DNA of 64,000 nucleotides from Trichodelitschia bisporula (lineage: Eukaryota). The position numbers and the translations under genes are program-made. The stretch spans positions 124,001 to 188,000 of the forward strand of contig ML996700.1 in assembly GCA_010356995.1 (NCBI GenBank), in the 5' to 3' direction. This document shows positions 49,393 through 61,400 of the stretch, in pieces. The notes under the pieces are model-generated. The model ran no database searches. It was not told the origin of the DNA and saw nothing but the letters and a program-made list of their open reading frames with translations. The number at the start of each line of letters is the position of its first letter. The first letter of the stretch is position 1.

Positions 49393-50114
49393 GGTTGAAG
49401 TCGTTCCTTAACTCCAGCAGTACAGTAACCTCAGTCTACAGCTCAAACCTATCTTTGTGCAAGACTCTGCTATGTACGTAGGCATGTTGGTAATATCAAA
49501 GTCTGATAAGTGGCAACCCACATGCCGTCATAGTTGATCTCATCGTTGATTAACCAATAAAGGAGACGCTTTGGCGATCAATTCCCAATTTAACAGCAGC
49601 ACCTTGAGAGCCTGTCCGTTTTAGTGGGCCCCGGGGGGGGGGCGGGGCGGGCCGCATTCAGACTTGTTATAATCCTCTACTGTGTCTCTAAAATCTGGGG
49701 CTTCGTCGCCTTTCACCACTTAGCCAATCCGTTCGGTTATTCATCCAGCCGGGGCCAGAGTTTGACTGCAGCCAAATGGTGTCTGCCACTGAAAAGCTAA
49801 ATAGGGTTGACCATTCTCCTTGCGGCGCATCCCCAATCCTACCACACAAGCGTCGAGAACGGAAGGAATGCGGCGCATTCCAAACCGCTTTCGGTGGCGT
49901 CAACCGCATGTTCAAGTTCGAAAGAGTAGGATATGGTTCCTGTGGGATTTGGTTGCAGTCAAGCCATGTTTCAAAGGAGGATGAATGCAGGTGCAGAGGA
50001 AGTGATAAAAGGGTGTAGGGTATGAGGAGGATAGCCAGATCACCAGCATCACGAACTTCCTTTACATCCATCGGAAACATCTTCAACTTCAACTACACCT
50101 TTCAGCACACCATT

Positions 50115-50764
50115 ATGCGGTACAACTTCCAAGCCCTCATTGGGCTGTGCTTTGCTGCCCTCACTGCCGCTCAGTCCTTGGACCAGCTTCCGTCCTGCGT
50201 TGTACGTGTGCTCTAGTACCTTCCGAAGGCAATGGCTAATACCGGAATCAAGGTCTCCAAGTTCCTTGCCAACATCCAAGGTTCCGGGTGTGGCTTCACC
50301 GATGTGCAGTGCATCTGCAGCAACAAAAAGCTGTTGGACAATATGCAAACTGCCGTTACTGCGGGATGTCCTCCTGAGGACAAGCAAAGTTAGACGACAC
50401 CCCTCCTCCTTCATGTCCAACGCTAATCCGAACTCAAGAGGCGGTCGACGCTTCCAATGCCTTCTGCCCTAGCCTCTACGCATCTTTGGTGTCTTCGGCG
50501 GTTTCATCTGCATCATCCAGCATCACAGCGCAGTCCATGCCTTTACCAACTTCGACCAGCACTATGAAATCCGGCGTCAAGACAGACACCAAATCCTACC
50601 CCACGACTGGGTCATACAACTTATCAGGCACGGCCACGTACTCTGCAACGAAGACGCCGAGTACTTTCACGGGCAATGCCGATCGTTTCCTGGTTGGAAA
50701 GGATCGGATGGCATGGACGGCTCTTGCGGTGGGCTTGATGGCGCTGGTCTTCGCGGAGTTGTGA
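50115..50764 (+). CDS. CFEM-domain, probably GPI-anchored protein
   Basis: Signal peptide; LPSC...GCGFTDVQCIC...GCP...AFC; introns 50202-50252 and 50389-50438; S/T linker; FTGNA plus hydrophobic tail. Confidence 0.85.
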
Positions 50765-50985
50765 GGCTCTCGGAAGATCAAGGTGCTCACTCATTCCGTC
50801 TTCACTTCTGCGGCAGCACTTTAATACCGCTTCGGTCTCGAATCTTGAGATGTTTAGCTTCCCTAATCTGCCCAGTGGAGATAGGTGGCCTACTAAATGA
50901 ATGAGCATCGCTTTCGTAACTCCATGCCCACATAACTTCTGACGTGATATTGAAGAAGTTTGACGGCAATCCCGATATCTCAAGA

Positions 50986-52303
50986 TTAGAATTCTCGGGT
51001 CTCCCCAATGTCACAAACATCGAACACCCCGGTTTCAGGCATTCCCTGTCGTTGAAGCGCCACTTTGAGTTGTTGCGGTGGCTCCAATACGTCCTCCTCC
51101 GTCAACACCCATGTGCCCCAGTGGATACCCATTGCGCGTTGACATTTTGTGTCTTTGAATATGTTGACCGCATCAAAAGGGTCGGCATGCATAGATGAAA
51201 ACAGAAACCTTGGCTTGTAGGCACCGATCGGGATCAAGCCGAGATCAAACGGACCACGAAGCTCCCCAATCTCTTTGAATGCTGGGCAGTGAGGAAAGTC
51301 GTACTTCGGGTCATAATCGTCCTCGCTGTCCGGAAGTTCAGGTACACTTCGGTATCCAGTATCCCTTTGATGTGAGCCCAATCCAGAAACAGAGGGGACG
51401 CGCTTACCCTCCAAACCAGACTTTCTTGCCTCCACTTTCAATGCTCCAGGAGGCCCAAAGTGTCAGTGCTCTATCCCACAGCGTCCGTGCAGATATGTGC
51501 TGGCATGGTAAACACCCAATGGTGGCACTCATCGCGTTCGGGCTAGCATCCGCGGGGTCCACAACGACAGCCTCGTCATCACCTCCCTCCTTAGTTCGTT
51601 CCAATTTCACCTCCCTCGTCTCCCACCAGTCCAGCTCGGTAACATTGTGGATTCCGGCGTCAACGAACCACTTCTTATTGCCAAGGGGAGCGAAAAAGTG
51701 CACGTTGGGGTGCTTCGCCTTGATTTCCTTGACTGTGGGGTATGAAAGGTGGTCATAGTGATTATGCGATATGACGACAACATCGATGAAGGGAATGTCG
51801 TCAATCTGGCATGGCGGACGAGTGTAGCGCGCTGGCCCAAGGAAGGGAATGGGCGAGCACCGGTGCTCAAAGACGGGATCGAACAGAACTCGTAGTCCTC
51901 CCGGGAACTCCACGTAGTAGCAAGCATGACCTAGCCACGTCGCTCGGAGTTTTGGGGTTTCACGGTTCTGGAGGAAGGCAGGCGCATGAACGGGGATAGT
52001 CGGAGGTGTCGTATCTGGGTTGTTTGCCTTTCCCAGCAAACGCCGCCTACTCAAATTAACACGAGTCTCCACGAACGGCGACTGGTCTTAGACGTACGAC
52101 ACCATAGCCTTCATGATTTGTGGCGCAGATAGCATCTGCCATGATTCCCAAGGGTTCATGAATCCTTTCCCATCTTGAGCATGATGCTTCAGCTCGCCCC
52201 CGTGTTCCGGTTTGACGTCACCAAGCTGAGAGGCCGTGACGACGCAGGCGTAATACGCGGCGGCGCGAGTAGCAGCTGCCATTCCTGCTGCCGTGCGGAA
52301 CAT
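50986..52303 (-). CDS. N-acyl-phosphatidylethanolamine phospholipase D (metallo-beta-lactamase fold, Fmp30-like)
   Basis: [42 protein letters not shown]; introns 52047-52097 and 51365-51407. Confidence 0.9.
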
Positions 52304-53122
52304 GAAGAGAGAGTGTGGGCCGCGATGTCACAACGGAGCAGGTCCTCTGGGAAAGAGAAGAAAGTGGCGCAACCTCTTAGTTTATCAAGCCTGAACCGCT
52401 AGGCGTCCTATGGATTTAAGTATCATCAGAAAAGTAAGAATAGGAAATGAACGTCTGGAAACGCATTCCCAAGCTATGGTGGGTGTGGAACATATCTTCC
52501 ATCTCATGCATATTGCGCCGACTCCGATTCACCCGAGCTTAAATTTATGCAGCCGCCCGCGCCCAGGGCAACCCGTCGAGACCAAGCGGCATGCCAATTG
52601 GTGACCGAGAAGGCACTTGATCTTACGAAACGGGAAGTATAACTCTGATGCCTAGCAATCCCGGAGATATTGATTCCAATTCAAGCAGTATGAAGCGGAA
52701 TTTGAAGCTTATGCTACATCATTGCCAGAAAGCCCCCACACCCATCAGCACCGTATTATGTCTGTTACTGTAAACGAGCGCTTGACGTGCTTGCTGACCT
52801 AAACGCTGAGACACTGGGAACGAGAGTGCGAAAAGACATCCACGAGCTCGTTCAGCAGAGATTTCTGGCTGTGCACCTGAACCACAAAACGTCTACAGAT
52901 ATAGGCAGACATTTTAGAACGATTGAGTTGACCCCGCTTGTGCACAACACTTGGCGACCGGATTTAAGGTCTACACAAAAAGGTTCTTCCGATCGAGCAC
53001 CGGATTTAGTTCTCAAAATTGAGCGGAAGGGCCATACGTATCGAGGGACTCGCCACAAATGCGGACGAAATTTTGCCCAGTATGCTTCGTCCGATCTTGA
53101 CGTGTCTCATTTCCCATGGCTC

Positions 53123-55008
53123 TCAGCTTCCCACAGTCTTCTCTAGTATAGTTTCGATCATCTCGTTGCCGAGAGCGGTTGCCTCAGGGAATCTTGGAGC
53201 GAAGTACTGCTGGATCTCCTCAAACTTCTTCCGGTACCCGTCGAAGTTACCCAGACTGACTCGCTCGCTCCAGTCCTAAATAACGTCAGCGCGGTCGGTG
53301 GGATGAAGAGACGAAGCATACTCTTGCAGCAAACGTGAATTCCAGATCATCTGAACGGAAGGTGTTGTCATTGATCGCCGTGTCGATGACCTCCTCCAGC
53401 AGATCCGGCTTTTTGAAGAGATATTCGGTAATTCCGAGCCACAGACGGAAGAGCTATACACACTTGAGCAGGTGAACAGTGAGTACTTGAAATGCATACC
53501 GGAGTTGAACAGATCATGTGGTGGTACGGAACGATGCCGAGCTGCGACCAGCAGTCCACCATGGCAAGGAGACTCAAGTGATTATTTTTGACACGCTCAG
53601 GTGGCAACTCCCCCAAAGAAAATCGGTCCAGGACATCATCTCGAAGAAGAAGATCTTGGTTCTCGCTGCCTTTGAAAACTCTTTCCCCGGCATACTTTAT
53701 ACGCCTAGTGAATTCATCGCGGTTGCCGGCAAGCATCAGCTTGAAAAGTTCCGTCACGGATGTGGCGTACTGTCGAATTTGCTCCTTCGCTGAGGGATTC
53801 ATGATGGCGAGGCCAGCGTAAACGTGCCATTTGTTGGAGTATATACGCATCATCACATTGATCTTGATGTTCTCAATGCCGCCGATGTAGCGAGCAATTT
53901 CCCATGGGAACTGTCTGTTAGCAGCCCAAGCTCCGCCCATACTGCCAACGTCAGCACACCGGCTACGAAACGGACATGGCTTGCCTCACCTCAGAAATGC
54001 GGCATGCGTAACCGCCTGGGTATCTGCTGTGATGCGATCGTGCTCGTTAGCGGTAAGATATACGTGCTTAGACTGTAGACAAGAAAGGATCCTCTCGACT
54101 CGGTCGAAGCTTTCTTGCGAAGCACGATGTTTGATCAGCACCTTTACCAGCACCTATCAGCAATTATCACGAAATGGAGGGCTCTCATACCAGCGGTTGT
54201 CCCTTAGGATTAACGCCAGGCCCGTGGAGAGAATGGCACGAGACGATATGGACATCCGGGGGAAGATGCTTCTCTAGGGCGGCGATTTCCGGGGCTTTGC
54301 ACGATGTCTGACCACCGACAATGGCATTCAACTTGGTGGCTGGGCGCAAAATTAGTGATGCACGAAACGACGGCAGACGATCGTACAGGGACCATATTCG
54401 GCGACAACGCGGTCGATATTTTCAGCCTCTACACTGTAAATAATATAGTCACTGGACCGGGAAACGAGGTGGCCATTGGGAAGTATGCGTATGTTCTCCT
54501 GTCATTGCTAAGCAAAGTCCAGCTACTGTATATCTGCCGATCATGTGACGCCGTACATTGGCTTTGAACTCCTCTTTCAACTCCTCAAACTTGTCCGGCG
54601 TGTCGCAAGCATTAATGCTGGCCCAAGCTATCAGCAAATTCTACCTGTGAGTTGCCGGTCAGCATGCGCTCCGACATATAATCAGAATGAAAACAGGTGT
54701 TTGTGTAGGATCAGACAAAGTAAAAAATAAGGTAGCTGAGATATTACATCATAGACAGCCCGTCCCTTGCCCTTCGCCAGAATGGAGAGAGAGGTTGGGA
54801 GCAGACCATACTCGAGCCAAATGCACTCAAGTCATCATTTCAAGGGGAGGTAGAGAGCAAAGCAAATACGTACATGAAGTTGCTGAGTGTGCGAGGTGCT
54901 GAGCACTCAGTGAGTAGAAACATACAGCCAGCCTGCCTCGCTGATCCTCCGGGCGTACATTTTGCCCATATCGCCCATGCCGATAATTCCAACTGACATG
55001 TTGGCCAT
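53123..55008 (-). CDS. TYR1: Prephenate dehydrogenase (NADP+), multi-exon
   Basis: VGIIGMGDMGKMYA, INACD, CHSMHGP, HDRITADTQAVTHAAFL, YIGGIENIK, KWHVYAGLAI, NNHLSLLAMVDCW; many short introns plus a 308-nt intron 1; TGA 53123-53125. Confidence 0.92.
54708..54843 (-). ncRNA. snR13: Box C/D snoRNA, snR13 homologue
   Basis: C box ATGATGA (54838-54832); guide GAGTGCATTTGGCT-CGA complementary to LSU rRNA AGCCAAAUGCCUC with one bulge; C'-like ATGATGT (54752-54746); second rRNA-complementary element GCTACCTTA; U-rich run; D box CTGA (54714-54711). Matches yeast snR13 as I recall it (AUGAUGA..GAGUGCAUUUGGCUCGAG...AGCUACCUUUUUUUACUUU..CUGA). Confidence 0.9.
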
Positions 55009-55266
55009 GGCGCCTACAGAATACGTCGCACTGAAATGTTGCGAGGGTGAGAAAGCGTGAGGCTTCGTAAGGTTCGTACAAAAAAAAGCCTTTTAAAAGA
55101 GGGACTGGCGCACGGGCACCATAAGCTCGGCGCCCGTCAGCCGGTGAACACGTGCAAAGCCGGAGGGCCGGAAAAACTTTTTGGGGCTCCACAACCGAAA
55201 ACCCACCTTCACCTTGCGAATTGTACCGCGCATCCCTCTACCATTCATCACCCACAACCCGCAAAG

Positions 55267-55908
<642 letters not shown>

Positions 55909-56364
55909 TTGTGTGGGTGGTCACTCATGGTGGAGGCGCTGATGACAATTACGAGGAGAACGGCGCTTGCCTGGTCTCCGCTTTTACCTTGTCACATAGA
56001 CTCGATGCCATGGTTGAATGGGATATGAACTAGTGATGGGAACCGTATGCTCTCCAAATGTGATTTGTGTGACTTTGGCGATGAATGGCTGGAAATTGAA
56101 GAACTGGTTGATTCGTTTTCTAAGCTCGTTGCATTATGGGTAATACGCTTCAACTCTTCGATAAGGCAAGCAACGCCGCTCATCCTGATGTAATGGTTTT
56201 CTCGTGGTTGGCTGATGCCATGTTGGGTAAAGCTGGTCGCCAAGTCTCTGTCAATTGAGCAGGCGGGAATGACGACATGACAATCGCGCCGAGCCATCTT
56301 TAGGCAATCGAAATATCAGACAACACACATCTTTTTATCGATCCAGAGTATTGATTTCACTTCA

Positions 56365-57654
56365 ATGCCCATGGAAGCCGCAGGCACCGCTAGCGTGCTC
56401 CTCCTTGATCTGTCCACTTCTGCACTTGGGGGGATAGATCTCCTGTCATTCACGACAACACCACGGTTCAAGGGCATCAGAAACGTACCACCGGGCTGGC
56501 ATTTTGTCTTCACAAGCACCACAAGCTCGGTTTCTGTACGTCACGGTGCATGGTTCTTCGTCAAAGAGAAATCTGGGCCGCCAGAGCTCTTCGTCAAAAG
56601 ATGGGATGCTTCCAAAGAAGAACTTGTTGCGGAAACGGACATCGGGGAGCAGCTTCGCTGGAGAAAAACCCTCGGTTCCATATGGAGAGAGAATCTGGCC
56701 CCTTATCGTCAGACTACTGGGAAAGATGCTTCAGAGGCAGAAGCCGAAACCCGTGACTGGCAACACCTAACCAACTGCATCAGCGAAAAGTTGTTATCAC
56801 GAATCACCGGCCCCTCAGACAACCATTGGAGTTTAACGTCCGCCAGCTCAGCTGCACGCGATATGGATGTTATCCCCGGACTCCCGCCAAACATCAGTGA
56901 GATTCAGCGCGAAAAGGAGCTGAATTTCCTGCCCATCGATCTGAAGCGCACTTGGAGACACGGAGCCATCGGTCGCGAGCGCACAGAAGCCGCTTTGGAC
57001 CATTCTTGGGCGCTAGACGATCTGGTCAAGCATCACAGCGACGGGGGTGGGGAGACTCATATTCTGGGCGAACTACAATTCTGCTTTCTTATGGTGCTGA
57101 CCCTCAGCAACTACTCCTGTTTGGAGCAATGGAAGCGGCTTCTCGAGCTCATCTTCACCAGCAAGGCAGCGGTTAAGGAACACGCAGACTTCTTTGTCCA
57201 GGCCGTTACGCTACTAAAGCTGCAGCTGCAACACAGCGGTGATGTGGACGGCGGGCTCTTCGACCTCAGCGATGAGGGAGCTTCGTTTCTCAAGTCATTA
57301 CTTCGGAAGTTCAAACAAAGCTTAAACGACATTTCTGGAAAAGGAAAGAGCGAAGTCATGGATGAATTGGAGGAGTTGGAGGGCTATCTGCGGTCTGAAT
57401 ACCGCTGGGAGCTGGACAACAGCTTCGTAAAACGAGGCCTGGTTGAACTTGAAGACGGAGAAAAGGTTGAGCTCGAGGTTGCAGGTTTTGACGAAGAAGA
57501 TGAAACTGGAGAATATGCTCCGACTGTTGTCAATCTGACACCAGAACAGCTTTCAGCCCTGTCGATGAGTGATTCCACTGGTCGCGGTGCCGCTGAGGTC
57601 GCTGCCGATTCGGAAGAAGATCAAGATCTGGATGACATGGATACTAGGTATTAG
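56365..57654 (+). CDS. AAR2: U5 snRNP assembly factor Aar2
   Basis: GIDLLSF..FKGIRNVPPGWHFVF, RHGAWF, LDHSWAL, ILGELQFCF..L.NYSCLEQWKRLL. Confidence 0.85.
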   Translation: MPMEAAGTASVLLLDLSTSALGGIDLLSFTTTPRFKGIRNVPPGWHFVFTSTTSSVSVRHGAWFFVKEKSGPPELFVKRWDASKEELVAETDIGEQLRWRKTLGSIWRENLAPYRQTTGKDASEAEAETRDWQHLTNCISEKLLSRITGPSDNHWSLTSASSAARDMDVIPGLPPNISEIQREKELNFLPIDLKRTWRHGAIGRERTEAALDHSWALDDLVKHHSDGGGETHILGELQFCFLMVLTLSNYSCLEQWKRLLELIFTSKAAVKEHADFFVQAVTLLKLQLQHSGDVDGGLFDLSDEGASFLKSLLRKFKQSLNDISGKGKSEVMDELEELEGYLRSEYRWELDNSFVKRGLVELEDGEKVELEVAGFDEEDETGEYAPTVVNLTPEQLSALSMSDSTGRGAAEVAADSEEDQDLDDMDTRY

Positions 57655-57900
57655 ACCAGGACTTTCTTTTTACGTTCAAAGGCTTCATGGACGGTAAGAC
57701 GACTGTATTATACATGTAGCAGTCTACAAATAAACCGAAAGAGTCCAAATTGCAAAATATTACTATGACTCAGCCCCTTGCCATGCTACGCAACAGATCC
57801 CCGAAACGCTACCGAATGCTATGCCAGACCGACCCAATGCTATACCATGCTAACGCCAGACCAAGCCGGCCAGACAAATAAGCATGACAATACGGCTTTC

Positions 57901-58470
57901 TCAAGCGTCCAGGATAACGATGCGCGGGCCGGTAACCGCATTGTCCCAATAGATGTTGACCTGGTCAACCGGAGCCAACTCCCCGGCGAATATGCCCTCC
58001 TGGCACAAGAAAGGGGCATGAGGTGCCGGGTGCTCATCAACACAGATGGCGGCACCGGGCCTCGTCTCGACCTTCATACGGCCGAGGTGCTGATCCCGCA
58101 AATTGCCGGACGGCCAGCTAGTCGCCGAAGTCGTCGCCGGCTTCTGCGACAGGAATACGTCGAACTGCTTGGAGCCCTCAAGGACGTCGTAGTCTCCGAG
58201 CGTGAAGCGGAGCTCGCACTGCTTGCCCGCGTACTTCGCCGGGATCTCAAAGGTGCTCAGAGTCGAGTACTCGTCCGGGTCGCCCTGCCGGCGGTGAATC
58301 CATCCGGAGCTGACTCCGTATTCGACGGCTCCGGTGTTGATGTGGTAGCGAGATATGGTTGGGACTATGACGGTCTCGGTCGACTTGGGCGTAGTGGTCG
58401 TGCCATTGACGGGGAGAGAAGAAGCAAGGGCAGCGAAGCCGGCGATGGTGGCAATGGCGGAGAACATCAT
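57901..58470 (-). CDS. Small secreted protein (But2 C-terminal-domain-like)
   Basis: Signal peptide MMFSAIATIAGFAALASS; STLSTFEIP....GKQCELRF...GSKQFDVF pattern; family from recall. Confidence 0.65.
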   Translation of the reverse strand: MMFSAIATIAGFAALASSLPVNGTTTTPKSTETVIVPTISRYHINTGAVEYGVSSGWIHRRQGDPDEYSTLSTFEIPAKYAGKQCELRFTLGDYDVLEGSKQFDVFLSQKPATTSATSWPSGNLRDQHLGRMKVETRPGAAICVDEHPAPHAPFLCQEGIFAGELAPVDQVNIYWDNAVTGPRIVILDA

Positions 58471-61400
58471 TTTTGCTAACTTTGGGTTAATGGGACTGAG
58501 TGTTGTGGATTATGAATGAAGATAGTGGTGTGGGGAAGATTTAGGCTGGGAACTGGAATTTCGAGAGGAAGATAGGCTGGATGAAGCTGGATGAGGCGGT
58601 TGGATGATGAGGAATGCTGTTGTGATGATGATATTTCTTCGTCTCTACCTAGATTCTTATATACGCAGTTTCTCATGATGTTCGATGGCAGCAGGAACAA
58701 TCAGGAGTCTATCAGCCTCCACTGATGGATCAGAAGTGTAGACGCTCAGCCTCGTAGCTCGACATGCGCCTCCACAAGTGCCGCTAAATGGCCGTTTTGG
58801 GAAATCAGCTCTCCTCGGCCAAGGGGAGCTGAAGGGGAGCTGAGGCTGTAAGTGGCTCATATTTTGCTTCCAGAAGCCGAGACGGGAGCAATTGACAGCA
58901 AATTGGCAGTGCTGAAGTCCGTTAGCAGCGTGGCTCGTGCAATTCAGTTACATCGCTTGGGTATTTTCCGTCATCACGAGGGCTGAGTGAAGCTTGGTAG
59001 TGCTCAGCATGCCGAAAGGAGGTCATTTTATGTCCGCAGCGGACGTGGCAACTGGCAACGTCGCCGGCATTACTGAGGCTGTTCGTACACAATTCATGGA
59101 GAACTCCGGCAGGGCTGAGTCGCTAGAGCTAGGTGGTAGAGTTCGTGAGAGCATCTAAGCCATGAACAAGCCGCGGTCTCAAAGGGATTGGCGCAGGGCT
59201 TCACATCCCATCATACGGTATGAGGAGAGAAGTATTGCCGGACAATCGGCCTGTCCGTGTGAGGTCAGCCTCTGCACGGTAACCGAGGATCACCGACTTT
59301 TGGGAAACGTCGCACATCGGTATCAAGGTGGTTCCTCCATTTGTGGCGACTACCGTATCTCAATTGTTCATTGCCGATACTCTCACGTCAGGAGGTCCCA
59401 GGTGATCTGACGGACACTGAGTTTGGTAGCGAGCATTCGATTGTATAGACGTCTAGGTCGATACTGAACGGCTTGAATTGTGAAAGGATAATGAGCTCTA
59501 TTGAGACATCCGAATTTGATTGACGTTGGTAGATCAAGGCAAGATCCCGCAACTTCTCCTTCATCGAAACAATCTGGAAAGATTGACCGATTGCGAAACC
59601 TGCGAATAAGACCAATGAGTGGAAGATGAGAAAAGTGAGATGTCTGATGGTTAAAGATGTTCAGTTTACACAGAGCGAGAGGTCGTTATCTCGTCAAACT
59701 GGCTCGTGGAGGGAGGTAATTTTTCACGTGCTTGACACATGCCACAGCCAGGCTACAATCCTGAATCGGAGACCGCACAAGTCGTCAAAAATCGCATCAT
59801 ACCGCGATCACTGCCCGACCGATGGCCACCGCAAAAATCCCATCTGAAGCCGATAATGACATCTAGCCGACCCGCTGCTCGACGCCTATTTACGCCATTC
59901 AACCTGTTATATCAACGTTGAATTGATACCATGGCTTTACGCTGTGTTGTCGCAATGCCGCATCTTCAACAAGATCCTCTAATGCGTCCTTCCAGCTAAT
60001 GATCCCAAGGAATAGCTCGCGTAACAGCTACTCCACTCTCCCGCGCACATGGTCTTCGGCGAGTCTCTCCAGGAAACTATATGCTATCCCGGGCGCTCCC
60101 GCAAGACGAACTGACCTCTTGCAAATTTGGAACACTATGTATTCGACTCCTGTCGATCGGCACTAACATCCAGTGCGTACTTGCACTATTACAAAAGACC
60201 ACCAGAACCGGCGTCGGATGAAGGGCTTGGGAATGCAAGATCGGGTATCAGTATATTGACTAACGCAAGGACGCCTTCATTAGCACAGAGAACCTGTTGG
60301 GCCCTACTGGGAAGAGTCATTCCTTTTGGCGACAGAGCAGTCGGCTCATGGCATGCCACTTCTCCGAGGACATATTACAACTGTCAGTTATCGAATTTGG
60401 AATGAGCATCCTGAGTGGTTGACTACCAATGTCCTCAGGATCAATGAAACTGGATACAGTCTTTGCTAAGGGGGTAGCCTGAGATAGTATTTCGAAGCGT
60501 TCGAGCGAGACTGGCATCAAAGAGATGGAATCCGAGCAGATCTGCTGCCAAACTCAGACTTGCGCAGAGCTCAGGACCTGAACCTACGGCTTGTATTTAC
60601 GGCTTGATCTAATACGATTATGTTGTCGAAAGACTTATCACCATGGACCTGGCCTCAGGGAGACTGAACTCAAACGATGAAGGTGGCTATGCCGGGCCCC
60701 ACCTACCGTACACTGGCTTGCCACTCAATTCTTCACATCATGATCGAGTCTTCAGGATCTCTGCCATTTCCCTCATCTCACCTGAGCAAGCGCCTGTCCC
60801 TAGTGAGGTCCGCATCTATTCAGTTGCTGGTTTGGACCTTCGGCGTGGGAGCTTCGCCTCAACAGCTCCTACGATCTGCAGCATGCAACAACGGGACAAC
60901 GTCCATTCAACTGTCACAAGGGACTCTGATCAAGCAGCTGTGATCAAGCAGCTGGAGATTCCGAGCGGCTATATGGTGACCGTGATGGCGTCGACGGACT
61001 TGTTTTGATATCACTTGGCATGGGTTGCAGCATATGCTCAACACGGACACAAAAATACCACGAGGTGTATGCCACCGCATTCCTGCCCGACGAGGATTAC
61101 ATCCCGAGCAGCATCTTGTCGGGCGGTCCTGTACTCTTGCGGCGCAGCGTCGGCAACTCTGGAGAGCGGATGCGATGGTCCTGAGCCGAATTGGGTGGTT
61201 GACTACTGCACGACATGGCAAGTCGGGATTATCGGGCGCCTGTATGCTTGTTAATACTTTTTCTCCGGCCATGCATTGCAGCATCGTCTCCCCGCGTTTC
61301 AGCACATGCTGAGGTAAGTGCGTCTTCTTCTTGGAGTGGATGGAAGCTTGCACAAGGCCTCCCAAGCCTCTTGACCTTCAGCTGCGTTCTGCTTCTCGAA

